Shown one piece after another: positions 12,612 to 22,802 of a stretch of 64,000 nucleotides of DNA; within the stretch, counting starts at the first letter, position 1, and every line of letters begins with the position of its first letter. The DNA is taken from contig OZ244922.1 of NCBI GenBank assembly GCA_965221905.1, forward strand, positions 1,632,001 through 1,696,000. The letters run 5' to 3'. This DNA comes from Chloroflexota bacterium (lineage in GTDB: Bacteria; Chloroflexota; UBA11872; VXOZ01). The translations under genes and the position numbers were made by a program. The notes beneath the pieces were generated by a model. The model ran no database searches and was not told where the DNA came from. It saw only the letters and a program-made list of their open reading frames with translations.

Positions 12612-13745
12612 ATGGCAGACGAAGTAGGTCTTGTTCTTTTCGCGGGCAAACAAGGCACGAGCGCGCTTGAGCGGTTGGTCTATGCCAGTCACCTTGCCAT
12701 CGCCCGCGACCTCGTTGCAAGGGCGCAGGCTGCGGGAGGGTTTGCACCAATTGTCGTTGCCACTTCGCAAGCAGAGTCCTTTAGCAACATTGGGTCCGGG
12801 GTCATCGTTACGCCAACAGCGCAGCAAGATTGCTTCCATTTTGGCAAGTCTCTCGCGGACATCATCTCTCCACACGGTATGTCTCGGGTGCTGTACATCG
12901 GCGGCGGCAGTAGCCCTTTGCTCTCTGTTGCCGAATTGGCTAACCTGCGGGACGTGGTTGCGCGCCTTGACCATGGTGTGATTGCGAACAATTTCTTTTC
13001 GGCAGACTTCATTGGCTTTCATCCAGGCAATGCGCTAACGGCTGTCGCCCTTCCCCAGCAGCGCGATAACGGCCTGGCGCGCCAGTTGGTGCAAGAAGCA
13101 AATCTCTTGCATGAGCCGCTGGAACCAACTATTGCTTCCATGTTTGATATTGACACGCCCACCGATCTTGCGATGCTGGCACTGCATCCGCTCTGCGGGT
13201 CGGCTACGCGGGCGTATGTGTCACACGATGCCGTAGCCCGGCAGTTGGCGCCGCTTATCTCGCGCCTGCAAGAGGCGATGCCAACATTTGTACGGCCGCA
13301 AGAGGAGGTCATTCTGGCCGGGCGCGTCAGCGCGCAGCTCTGGCCGCTGCTCAGGCAGGATATGGCGTGCCGCATTCGCGTTTTCTCCGAAGAGCGCGGC
13401 ATGAGCACGAGCACGCGACCGGTGCGCTCGTTGCTGGGATTCTACTTGGAAGAAGTCGGACCGTCGGCTTTCTTCGATGCGTTCTCGCAGATGGGAGACG
13501 CCCTCTTTCTGGACACCCGGGTCCTGTTTGGGCACAGCGGACGCATGATCAGCGGCCACGACCGGTTTGCCGCCGACTTGGGCTTGGTTCAGGAGATTCT
13601 TGATGACTCAACGCAGGCCTTGGCCGAGGCAGCGTGGGGCGCGGGTTTTCCAGTGGTGCTGGGCGGCAATGCGGCGGTGAGCGGCGGTCTATGGTCGCTG
13701 GTGGATGCCGCGTGGCGCTTGCACGACGACGGCGCTTTGCTGTAA
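12612..13745 (+). CDS. Hypothetical protein with CofC-like nucleotidyltransferase N-terminal domain
   Basis: IVVAT, FHFGKSL, VLYIGGGSSPLL and FDIDTPTDL resemble the CofC/GT-A fold, followed by an extra C-terminal domain. Confidence 0.55.
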   Translation: MADEVGLVLFAGKQGTSALERLVYASHLAIARDLVARAQAAGGFAPIVVATSQAESFSNIGSGVIVTPTAQQDCFHFGKSLADIISPHGMSRVLYIGGGSSPLLSVAELANLRDVVARLDHGVIANNFFSADFIGFHPGNALTAVALPQQRDNGLARQLVQEANLLHEPLEPTIASMFDIDTPTDLAMLALHPLCGSATRAYVSHDAVARQLAPLISRLQEAMPTFVRPQEEVILAGRVSAQLWPLLRQDMACRIRVFSEERGMSTSTRPVRSLLGFYLEEVGPSAFFDAFSQMGDALFLDTRVLFGHSGRMISGHDRFAADLGLVQEILDDSTQALAEAAWGAGFPVVLGGNAAVSGGLWSLVDAAWRLHDDGALL

Positions 13746-13854
13746 TTGAGGTCCTCTCAAGCCCGTAGCCTTCTTGCCAACGATCAATTACGCTATTATG
13801 ACATCGTGGTCTCACGGCAGGAATTCGAGCGAGAAGGGGAAGGGAATCGTGGCG

Positions 13855-14210
13855 ATGGCCAAGAATGTTCGCCCGAAGAGACCCTTGAATTCTGTCAGCT
13901 TGAAAGAAGAGCTTGCGGCTGCTTTGGCCGCCCGTCGCGAATTGGGCGAACAGTATGAAGATCACGTCGCGGCGGCGCTTGCCGAGCGCATCGATTCCCT
14001 TATCGATCAGCGCGTGCAGGCCGCAATGAACCAAACACGCAAGCAGGCGAAGTCGGACTCAGAACCTTTCTCAAGGTGGCGATGCCTGTATTGGGCTTTG
14101 GCGTTCCGCTGACAATTGTCGGCGCGATCGTGGCTGGTGCGGACGGCTTCTACGCCGTACTGGCAATGATCTTCGTCATCAATGTTCTTTGGCTATGGCG
14201 CTCACGATAG
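13855..14210 (+). pseudogene. Small membrane protein, apparently frameshifted near 14062-14070
   Basis: First frame gives ELAAALAARRELGEQYEDHVAAALAERID...; a shifted frame continues FLKVAMPVLGFGVPLTIVGAIVAGADGFYAVLAMIFVINVLWLWRSR* (two TM helices) to TAG 14210. Confidence 0.6.
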
Positions 14211-14343
14211 TTTTGCTTTGCTACTGATCTATCGGCGCGGCTGCTATGCCCAACCCGCGAAGCGAATGTTGATTTTTCCAAGAGCCAAGTATGTCCGCTG
14301 TTGATTGAAGATGCGGAGCCGGGTAAGGAAGCGTTGTAATCCT

Positions 14344-15183
14344 TCACTCTCGCGACCACATCCGGAACAGAATTCCCCCACCGACCAGAAGCAGCACCAC
14401 ACCTGCAAGCGTAAACCACCACGGTTGGTGCGCGTGCACTCCTTCTTCCCAGGCGCTGAAGCCTTGAATTTCCACTTTCAACACGTCAGCCATGACGACC
14501 ACCATGCCGTTGTTCAGGGCGTGGCCGATTAAGGCCGGAAGCAGGGACTTGGTCTGTAACGTCCACCAAGCAAAGGCGAGACCAAGGAAGAACGCTCCCA
14601 GGAATTGCCAAGGGTTCATATGAATTGCGCCAAACAGGAATGCGGTGCCAAAGACCGCCCACTTAGTGCCGTAGTTGCGCGCAAAGCCGTGCAGCAATAT
14701 GCCACGGAAAATGGGCTCTTCAGTGAGGGGCGCGACGACCACGAGCACAATGAAGGTGCCAAGCGCAAAGCCCTGGCCGAGACCAAGCTCAGTGAGCATT
14801 TCCATAAACCAGTCCGGTACCGGCAGGAATCGTTGCAGGACGTTGCCGAGTTCCGATATTACGATGATGAGACCGAGCGCCATTACTAGCATCGGCAGCA
14901 GCAAAGCGGGCGAAAAACCCCGCAGGTAGAGGATTTCCCGCGCGGAAATGCGTGACCATGCTACGGCTACGATGGCCGTCGCCCCGAAGGTGGCTACACT
15001 AACAATGGTGAGCAGTGTGGTCAGCTCTTGATTCGGAATGGACTGAATTACTTGGTAGGCGGCGACAACCACTGTAGCGCCCAATTGCAATATCACGAGG
15101 AGGGCAAGCAAGACAATCGCTTGCCAGACGGTGGGAAAGGCGCGGGTCTTAGGTTGGTTGTTCTCGGCCGTTGATTCAGTCAT
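14344..15183 (-). CDS. CPBP (CAAX protease/Abi) family intramembrane metalloprotease
   Basis: APLTEEPIFRG, LFGAIH and GHALNN motifs; multiple TM segments. Confidence 0.92.
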   Translation of the reverse strand: MTESTAENNQPKTRAFPTVWQAIVLLALLVILQLGATVVVAAYQVIQSIPNQELTTLLTIVSVATFGATAIVAVAWSRISAREILYLRGFSPALLLPMLVMALGLIIVISELGNVLQRFLPVPDWFMEMLTELGLGQGFALGTFIVLVVVAPLTEEPIFRGILLHGFARNYGTKWAVFGTAFLFGAIHMNPWQFLGAFFLGLAFAWWTLQTKSLLPALIGHALNNGMVVVMADVLKVEIQGFSAWEEGVHAHQPWWFTLAGVVLLLVGGGILFRMWSRE

Positions 15184-15757
15184 CGCCCTAGGGTTGAGTG
15201 CATTCTAGGCCACATACTGCTAGCCGCCAGGCACGCCGAGACGCTTTGGAATTGTCACGGTCCGTACCCGTACTCTGCTGTATTGGATGCACGTGTCGTA
15301 CGGCGTGTCCGGCTTGTTTTCCAGAGGTCCTCGTCGCGGCTAGTATAGCATCGACGTTCCCGCAGCGCGCGCATTCGGTTGCCAATCAGAGTGCTTCTGC
15401 CCTCTTACCATGCCGATAGTTTGGACAAAGGAGGAATTGCCATTGAGATGCAAATGGAGGTCCATCGTACTCGCAAGGTACAGAGACATTCTGTACAGGA
15501 ATCCTTCCGCCCTCATTCGCGCCTGGGGCGGATAGACGGTACAATAGGGTGAGTGTGTTCCGGATGTTGCAAAGGCTCTTTGTAGGCGCTCAGCGAAGAC
15601 TGAGCGAGCGCTAAGAATAGGCTGAGCAGGCACTTTGAAATGGTTGCGCAAGCAATCTGAAGTTGCACTGAGCGTGTAGGGCGTAAGCAAATCTGAGCAA
15701 AGAGCCGGCTAAAGAGAGATGCTGAAAGAGAGACATATAGAAGCTGTGAGTGTAGCG

Positions 15758-16582
15758 ATGAAGATGTCAATCGAAGAACTGAAAGAACAGGCGCGCATAC
15801 TGCGACGCGACATAATTACCTGTACGACGATTGCGGGATCCGGCCATCCGTCGAGCTCGCTCTCCGGCGTGGAGATCATGGCGGCGCTCTATTTCGGCGG
15901 TATCATGCAGTACAATCCCGTAGAGCCCCAATGGAAAGACCGCGATCGCTTTATCATGAGCAAAGGTCATGCGAGCCCGTTGCTCTACGTCGTCCTGGCA
16001 CATGCCGGGTATTTCTCCACGGATATGCTGGCGACGCTTAGGCAAATCGAGAGCCCGCTGGAAGGGCATCCTAACATGTCCCGTTTGCCTGGCGTAGAAG
16101 CCAGCACCGGCTCTTTGGGTCAGGGCCTTTCGCTCGGCTTGGGTCATGCTTTCGCCGCCCGTATTGAGAAGAGAGACTCCCATGTGTTCGTCATCTTGGG
16201 TGACGGCGAGCAGGACGAAGGCCAGATATGGGAAGCTGCCATGACGGCGGCTCACTACAACCTCGATAATGTTACGGCAATCGTAGACCACAACAAGGCC
16301 CAGCAGACCGGCTGGGTGCGGGACGTGCTGGACTACTCTCCGCTTGCCGAGAAGTGGCGGGCCTTTCAATGGGACGTCCAGGAGATTGACGGTCACAATA
16401 TGGAAACTGTGGCGACCGCGTTGCAGCGCGCCAAGGCGACCCAGGGACGCCCATCCTGCATCATCGCGCACACAGTGAAGGGCAAAGGCGTTTCCTTTGT
16501 GGAAGCAGACTACTCATATCACGGCAAAGCGCTTACCAAGGAAGAAGAACAACGCGCCCTGGAGGAATTGGGATGGCAGTAG
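15758..16582 (+). CDS. Transketolase, N-terminal (TPP-binding) subunit
   Basis: SGHPSSSLS, RDRFIMSKGHA, EASTGSLGQGL, GDGEQDEG, DGH motifs. Confidence 0.95.
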   Translation: MKMSIEELKEQARILRRDIITCTTIAGSGHPSSSLSGVEIMAALYFGGIMQYNPVEPQWKDRDRFIMSKGHASPLLYVVLAHAGYFSTDMLATLRQIESPLEGHPNMSRLPGVEASTGSLGQGLSLGLGHAFAARIEKRDSHVFVILGDGEQDEGQIWEAAMTAAHYNLDNVTAIVDHNKAQQTGWVRDVLDYSPLAEKWRAFQWDVQEIDGHNMETVATALQRAKATQGRPSCIIAHTVKGKGVSFVEADYSYHGKALTKEEEQRALEELGWQ

Positions 16583-17526
16583 AATCTGATACCGGTTTCA
16601 AAATGGGCAAGGCAACCCGTGACGCGTTTGGCGCCGCTCTGCGCGAGGCCGGCCGGACCAATTCGGACATCGTCGTGGTGGATGGCGACGTCAATAATTC
16701 AACGCGCACGGAGTGGTTTGCTCAGGAGTTTCCCGAGCGCTTCATCAACGTGGGCATTGCGGAATCGAACTTGGTGGGGATCGGCGCGGGCCTGGCGGCC
16801 TGCGGCAAGCTGCCGGTGATCGCCAGCTTTGCCTGCTTCATTATGTGCAACGCCTACGACCAGTTGCGCATGTCGGTAGCGTTTCCGAACCTCAACGTCA
16901 AGGTGGTGGGCAGTCACGCAGGCATCAGCATCGGTGAAGACGGCCCTTCGCAGATGGCGATCGAGGACGTGGCCCTGGCTTTGGGCTTGCCGACGTTTAC
17001 CGTGATCGTACCCGCCGATGAACCCTCGACGCACAAGGCCGTGGCGGCGATGTTGGAGTCCGAAGGACCGGCGTACATGCGCGTGGGCCGACCGGACGTG
17101 CCGCTCGTCTACGGCGACGATCCTGATATTACGTTGGGCAGGGCGAACGAGTTGCGCAGCGGCAGTGACATTACACTCATAGCCAACGGCATTATGGTGG
17201 CTGCCGCATTGGAAGCGGCGCAGGCGCTCGCCGCGGAGGGTGTGCAGGCGCGCGTGCTCGACGTGCACACCGTGCGGCCGCTAGACGTGGAAGCAGTGAC
17301 GAGTGCGGCGCGCGAGACGGGCAAGATCGTGGTGGCTGAGGAACATCTGGTCCAGGGCGGGCTGGGCAGCGTGGTGGCAATGGCGGTTGTCGAGCACGCT
17401 CCTTGTCCCATGGCATTCGTTGGAGTGGAGAATACGTACGCCGAGTCCGGGGATGCGGCTGCGCTCCTCAAGAAATATGGCTTGACCGCCGAGCATATTG
17501 CGGCCAAGGCCCGCTCATTGCTCTAG
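16573..17526 (+). CDS. Transketolase, C-terminal subunit
   Basis: ATRDAFG, FINVGIAE, GEDGPSQ, EEH...GGLGS motifs; overlaps the N-subunit stop. Confidence 0.95.
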   Translation: MAVESDTGFKMGKATRDAFGAALREAGRTNSDIVVVDGDVNNSTRTEWFAQEFPERFINVGIAESNLVGIGAGLAACGKLPVIASFACFIMCNAYDQLRMSVAFPNLNVKVVGSHAGISIGEDGPSQMAIEDVALALGLPTFTVIVPADEPSTHKAVAAMLESEGPAYMRVGRPDVPLVYGDDPDITLGRANELRSGSDITLIANGIMVAAALEAAQALAAEGVQARVLDVHTVRPLDVEAVTSAARETGKIVVAEEHLVQGGLGSVVAMAVVEHAPCPMAFVGVENTYAESGDAAALLKKYGLTAEHIAAKARSLL

Positions 17527-17770
17527 CGCCGATTCGTACCGGATGCCGCTGCCCGCTTGAATTGTTTGGCAAGAACAGGCATCATTGTACATAGCCCCTG
17601 TTTCTTCAATCCCAGAGAGTGCGTATTGGACTGCGTTGAATGCACCCCCGTTTGTGTTATTCGCCCAAGCGCAGCTTGGATTGGTAGATATTCCATACAA
17701 CGTCAGACACAGAGACGTTTGGTATGTGCATCCATTCGGGCCGTGGCAAAGATAGCGTGCTAGAGGAGGA

Positions 17771-18595
17771 GTGTTGCCAGTGAAAACGAGCCTAACGAGC
17801 CTTCGGTTAATTCTTCTATTGTTGGGTTTTGCGGTCTTTACGGCTGCGTGCCTCCCCTTCGTGGGAGACGGCAACGGTGACGATGCAACGCCCACGCCCG
17901 ATGAAATCCCAACGATCATACGCCCGAGCCCGGACTCTGCGCAGCCGGCCTCCTCACCAATACCGACTATTGTCCCGCTACCGACTCAAGGGCCGCAACC
18001 CACAAGCCCGGCGCCGGCGTGTACGCCACGGAACGATTGGCCTGTTTACACTGTGGAGTCCGGGGATACGCTCTATAGCATCGCCGTCCGCAGCGATACG
18101 ACGGATGATGTACTGCAGGCGGCGAACTGCCTGCCTGACCCCAATAAGATTAGCGTAGGTCAGAGTCTGCGCGTACCGAAACAACCGGAACCACGGGAAC
18201 CTGCTGCGACCCCCGAGCCCGCCGCGACGCAACAGCCATTCTTCCAGGGGACGCCGGCACCCGGTGCGACCGGGGACGTGGAATTCACGATTATCGTAGA
18301 GGGAAACACAGCCACCCTCGTTTCCCAAGGATCTTACCAGGCGGGGACAACTGACGGCGACGTTAAACTTGGTATTTCGGTTAGCAATGTTACGAGCTTT
18401 GAGGTGGTCCGTGGGGATGGCCGCGTCTTGCATAGAGGACAGGCCGCTTCCGGTAGCACGACCGCAGGCGGTAATTACATCTTTAGAAGAATCGATCGTG
18501 CAGAGGGCAGCAACTTTTTAATCTTTACCATAAAGGCCCACAAGCCGGATGGCACGACCGTTGAAGGGAATCCCGTCTACATTCGATGGCCGTAG
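17771..18595 (+). CDS. LysM peptidoglycan-binding lipoprotein
   Basis: Lipobox FTAAC, Pro/Thr-rich linker, LysM YTVESGDTLYSIA...ANCL..PNKISVGQSLRVP. Confidence 0.88.
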   Translation: MLPVKTSLTSLRLILLLLGFAVFTAACLPFVGDGNGDDATPTPDEIPTIIRPSPDSAQPASSPIPTIVPLPTQGPQPTSPAPACTPRNDWPVYTVESGDTLYSIAVRSDTTDDVLQAANCLPDPNKISVGQSLRVPKQPEPREPAATPEPAATQQPFFQGTPAPGATGDVEFTIIVEGNTATLVSQGSYQAGTTDGDVKLGISVSNVTSFEVVRGDGRVLHRGQAASGSTTAGGNYIFRRIDRAEGSNFLIFTIKAHKPDGTTVEGNPVYIRWP

Positions 18596-18719
18596 CAGTG
18601 ACAGCGCCATTGTTGGGTTCGTGATGGTAGGTGTACGACGCCAAATGTACTTGAACTTGATCGGCTAGTTCGCTGACGAACCCCGTTCCGTGTCAGGTCC
18701 CATTCAGAAACAGACAAAG

Positions 18720-18765
18720 GAATAGCCCCGGGAAGCAAGATGAGTTGCCCGGGGCTATCCTTTTC
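18720..18765. terminator. Probable intrinsic terminator between convergent genes
   Basis: ATAGCCCCGGG...CCCGGGGCTAT stem followed by CCTTTT. Confidence 0.65.
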
Positions 18766-18778
18766 CCAATTTAGTAGG

Positions 18779-19921
18779 TCACTCGTTTTTCAAGAGAAAT
18801 GATCCCGCGGACAATGGATGCGTACGTTCGGCGAGGGGGATGCTGACGCGCTGTCCGGTCAGGTGCGAGGTGTAGATTGCCATCACCATCTCCAGGTTGA
18901 GGCGGCCGGTTTCCCCACTGCACGGGTGCTCGCTGCCGGTCTCAATTGATGAGATGAGTTCACGCAGGATGGGCGTGATGCCCTCCTTCCCGAAGCCAGG
19001 ATCATTCTCCTCCGGCACCTCCACGCGTTGCCACAGCGGCTCCTCCTGCAAGTCAGGGGCATAGAAGGCAGGCACGGGCAAGTGGTAAAGATCCCCGCTG
19101 CCGCGCCGTGTGCCGGTGCCGCGCAACGAAAGCTGGCCTTTCGTGCCGAGCACGTCAACGCTGTAAAGCAGGCTGTTCGTCTTCTCATAGCCGAGGAAAT
19201 AGCACTCGCCTACCGGCGCGCGCGTCATGCCGAAGAGGGCAAAGGCGCGTTCTCCCAGCACCAAGCCGGAGGCGCGGTCGCGGGGGCTCATTTCCTGTGA
19301 ATCCATGATGTGAGCGGTAGTGGCGGCCTCTCCCTGCCACGTCAGGTGCGCAAAGCACCACTGCGGCGCCCCGCCGATGTATTGCATGCGGTCGAAGACG
19401 TGGGTACCCATCTCCATCAACTCGTTGCCGGCCTTGCGGCCGCTCTTGTTGTTGCCGCGCACCAGAATGACGTCGCCGATGTCGCCGTTCTCGACCATGG
19501 CTCGCATGCGTTTCAGGGAAGGACGCACGGTTGCCTGGTGATTGATGGCGAGCTTTACGCCGGCCTTCTCGCAGGCATCAACCATCTGATCGGTTTCCGC
19601 CAGGTCGAGGGCCATCGGCTTCTCGCAGAGCACGTGCACGCCGTGCTCGGCCGCAGCGACGGTGGCAGCGCAATGCTGGGGCCCTTGGGTAGCGATTGAC
19701 ACCATGTCCGGTCTTTCTGTCGCGAACATGGCATGGTAGTCGGTGTAACGGTTTGCAACGTTGAACGCATCGCCAACCGCTTGCAGACGGTCTTCGTCAA
19801 TGTCACACACCGCCACGACGTCTATTTCCGGGACTTCATTGAGCGCGCGCAGGTGGGACGTGCTCATCCCTCCGCAGCCGATTAGTGCCGCTCGGTATCG
19901 TTTCATTGCTCTTTCCTTCAT
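18779..19921 (-). CDS. Gfo/Idh/MocA family oxidoreductase
   Basis: AALIGCGGM, HVLCEKPMA, MEMGTHVFD motifs. Confidence 0.9.
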   Translation of the reverse strand: MKERAMKRYRAALIGCGGMSTSHLRALNEVPEIDVVAVCDIDEDRLQAVGDAFNVANRYTDYHAMFATERPDMVSIATQGPQHCAATVAAAEHGVHVLCEKPMALDLAETDQMVDACEKAGVKLAINHQATVRPSLKRMRAMVENGDIGDVILVRGNNKSGRKAGNELMEMGTHVFDRMQYIGGAPQWCFAHLTWQGEAATTAHIMDSQEMSPRDRASGLVLGERAFALFGMTRAPVGECYFLGYEKTNSLLYSVDVLGTKGQLSLRGTGTRRGSGDLYHLPVPAFYAPDLQEEPLWQRVEVPEENDPGFGKEGITPILRELISSIETGSEHPCSGETGRLNLEMVMAIYTSHLTGQRVSIPLAERTHPLSAGSFLLKNE

Positions 19922-19957
19922 GCATTCAGCAGCTTGTCGCGACGGTCTGGGCGGTTT

Positions 19958-21016
19958 TCACTCGACGCGCTGGGTTTGGCCGGTTTCCGCGGCGCGGTAG
20001 ATGGCGTGGACGACCTTGAGGACGTGGAGCGATTCGGCTGTTGTGACCGGATGCGCCGTTACACCTAGTGCACCGAGCACAGACGCGCGGACCAAGCCGA
20101 AGTAGGTGGACATGGCATCGCCGGTGGGCGAATCGTACCGGATCGTGCGATAGGGCGCGGAGTGCTCGGCGGGATGAGTGCTATACCACTCCAGGCTCTC
20201 CCAGTCGTTGGGGCGTCCGCGCAGCCAGCCTTGCGCGCCCCAGAGATGGAGGTGCGACTGCTTGTTGCGGTCGAGGTAATAGGCAGAGGTCAAGGTGCCG
20301 ACCATGCCGTCCTCAAAGCGCAGCACGGCGACGGCGGCGTCCTCCGTGTCGATGGGCGCGCCGCCAACGACTGCGGTCAGTCCTGCGACTTCCACAACGC
20401 GCTGGCCGGTGAGGTGGTGCAGCAGATCGACATAATGAATTCCCAGCCACATGAGGTGTCCGCCACCGGCATAGGCCTTCTGCGAAAACCATGATGCTTG
20501 CCACTCAGCCTGTTGCACACGCGTCTGGTCGGCGATGAAATAGGTATCGACGCCGTAGAGTTTGCCGAGCGTGCCGCCGGCGACGAGGCGTTTCGCATCC
20601 TGCAGAAATGGAAAACCCCGAGCCGCAAAGGCCAGACCGATGTTGCGCTGCTGCTCTTCGGCCAAAGAAGCCAGCTCAGCAAACTCCTCCCACTGCAAAC
20701 AGGCGGGCTTCTCCGCGAGCACGTGGCTGCCATTGCGCAGGCAGGCGGCGATGGTTGCCGGCGCAGTGCGGGGCTCTAAGCTGACGACGGTCAGCTCCGG
20801 TTGAAATGCGGCGAACAGCGCATCCGCATCAGGATAAACGCCGACGAGGCGCGTGCCGAGGTGCGCTCGCGCATGGGACTCTATATCATCAGCGCCGTTG
20901 GTCACCAGCGCGAGCTGTGCGACCTCGGGCAGTGCCGCCAGAATTTCCAAGAAGCCGCTGACGTGCATGGTGCCCGACGGAGCAGTGATGACGGCAACGC
21001 GTGCTTGTTGGCCCAT
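19958..21016 (-). CDS. Gfo/Idh/MocA family oxidoreductase
   Basis: HVLAEKPA, GGGHLMWLGIHYVD, DTEDAAVAVLRF motifs. Confidence 0.9.
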   Translation of the reverse strand: MGQQARVAVITAPSGTMHVSGFLEILAALPEVAQLALVTNGADDIESHARAHLGTRLVGVYPDADALFAAFQPELTVVSLEPRTAPATIAACLRNGSHVLAEKPACLQWEEFAELASLAEEQQRNIGLAFAARGFPFLQDAKRLVAGGTLGKLYGVDTYFIADQTRVQQAEWQASWFSQKAYAGGGHLMWLGIHYVDLLHHLTGQRVVEVAGLTAVVGGAPIDTEDAAVAVLRFEDGMVGTLTSAYYLDRNKQSHLHLWGAQGWLRGRPNDWESLEWYSTHPAEHSAPYRTIRYDSPTGDAMSTYFGLVRASVLGALGVTAHPVTTAESLHVLKVVHAIYRAAETGQTQRVE

Positions 21017-21019
21017 TGG

Positions 21020-22081
21020 TCACTCCTTATGTGTATTGTGTCCCAGATAGAGATCGCGGCCCTCGACCAGCGCGGCCATCTTTTGATCGGCCACAATGCG
21101 GGAAAGCATCCAGAAGCCGCAATCGGGATGCACCCACTGGACTCGTTCAGGTCCCAGCACAGTGACGGCGCGCTCGATGCGGCGGGCGATGAATTCAGGC
21201 GATTCAACGACGTTGTCTTTGATGTCAACGACGCCGATACCCAGGGCTATTTCGGGTTTGAGGTCAAGAAAAACCGGTAGCTCTGCGTCCCCGGGACGAG
21301 CAAGTTCCAAGATGAGGTGATCGCACTCTAACCGATTGAAGAAGGGGAGCAGGTCTTTGAAAAGTCCCTGCTGGATGGTTTGGCCGCCGTAGTTGCCAAA
21401 GCAGAGATGCACTGCCTTCTGACCGCTAAATCCTGCGAACACGCGGTTGAGGACGTCAGCCGCCCACTCGCCGTCATGCGGTGAACCGACAAGGTTGGCT
21501 TCGTCTATCTGCAACACGGCGGCATCGAGGTTTGCGACTTGCTGCTTAAAGACATCGGCAATTGCGAATGCAAGTTCGCGAATGTCACGATAATGCAGGT
21601 CGAGCAAGGACTTCGCCAGCATGTATGGGCTTGTCACAGTAAACTTGAGCGGCTTTGTAGTGAGGGCGCTGCCGGATGCGGCGGCGGGAAGGTCTAGCGT
21701 GCCCTCGCCGATAGCTTCCCTGACGACGCCCGCCGGCTGCTTGCGAAACTGCATGCCCGCTTGCCGGCGAAATGCCGCAACATCGGCGCGGCTGAATGTA
21801 GAGTCTACACCCGCCAGCGGTTGAATGAAGTATTCGATCATGCCCTGCGTTTCCGGATGGTTGACGTCGAAACGGGAGAGTTCGCCATCCGTCACCACGT
21901 CGATGCCGGCAAGCTCCTGGGTCTTGAATACCGCCAGCATGGCGTCGCGCAGAGCCGGTTTGCTCGGCATGGCGAGCAGCCAGGACGGCGCGGGGTAACT
22001 GCCTACCACCGTGGTCAGGATGGGTGGGGTATGCCGGCCCTGCATATTGGGGACCTCAGCTTGAATTGGAGGTGCGGGCAA
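21020..22081 (-). CDS. Cobalamin-independent methionine synthase II-like (core MetE) protein
   Basis: TTVVGSYP, TDGE, LQIDEA, Zn ligands HLC...E...PDCG; catalytic domain only. Confidence 0.85.
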   Translation of the reverse strand: MPAPPIQAEVPNMQGRHTPPILTTVVGSYPAPSWLLAMPSKPALRDAMLAVFKTQELAGIDVVTDGELSRFDVNHPETQGMIEYFIQPLAGVDSTFSRADVAAFRRQAGMQFRKQPAGVVREAIGEGTLDLPAAASGSALTTKPLKFTVTSPYMLAKSLLDLHYRDIRELAFAIADVFKQQVANLDAAVLQIDEANLVGSPHDGEWAADVLNRVFAGFSGQKAVHLCFGNYGGQTIQQGLFKDLLPFFNRLECDHLILELARPGDAELPVFLDLKPEIALGIGVVDIKDNVVESPEFIARRIERAVTVLGPERVQWVHPDCGFWMLSRIVADQKMAALVEGRDLYLGHNTHKE

Positions 22082-22401
22082 GACGGTCTTCCTCTAGGAT
22101 TTGGCTAGTCTTTTCAATTGAAGGCCAAGATTGCCGGCTTGGGCAATCGACTGGCACCATCAGCATCACTGTAGCCGCTATTGTGAGGAGATACAAGCTG
22201 CGAAGTGTAGCGCTGCACAAGCCGTCTTAGAGGGAGGCGCCATAGCAGTTGCTTGCCTTCAAGCAACCGCATACGGCGGCAGACCGTTCCCGCTCACACT
22301 TCGACAGGCTCAGTGCGAACGGGAACGTCCTGCTCTGACTCTGCTGGGAGTTTGTCTCTATTTATTGGTGTGAAAAGGACACAATTGCCAAGTCATGCTC
22401 A

Positions 22402-22653
22402 CTAGGGCACGGCTTGCCGGAACGGGCGGCCGATCCAATCGAGCAGCTTGCGCACCGGTTTGGCGACCACTTGCTGGCGGACAGCCTTCTCTACCCGATC
22501 ATGCTCAAGCGCGTCGCCATGGTACCGCACGGTGAATGTGTCTTCGTCAGGTTTGAATCTAACGTCCTGAACGCCCGGCAGCGTTGCGAGGCCCTGTTGC
22601 GTACGCCGCACGCAGATGCCCGTGCACGCGAGACCGGCAACGTGAATGTCCAT
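22402..22653 (-). CDS. Heavy-metal-associated (HMA) domain small protein
   Basis: MDIHVAGLACTGICVRR..QGLATLPGVQDVRF, HMA-like with C-x3-C. The longer ORF start at 22764 runs through a REP element. Confidence 0.65.
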   Translation of the reverse strand: MDIHVAGLACTGICVRRTQQGLATLPGVQDVRFKPDEDTFTVRYHGDALEHDRVEKAVRQQVVAKPVRKLLDWIGRPFRQAVP

Positions 22654-22802
22654 TTCCCTAGTGGGCGCAGGTTTGAAACCTGCGCTACCGGATTTGTCGC
22701 TCAGGGCTTCATCGCGTCGTCGTATGACGTGGGGATCGATGAAGAGGTTCAGCAGTCGTGGCATCGTAGAACCCCCATGGGTCGCTCGCGTGAATCCTCG
22801 CC

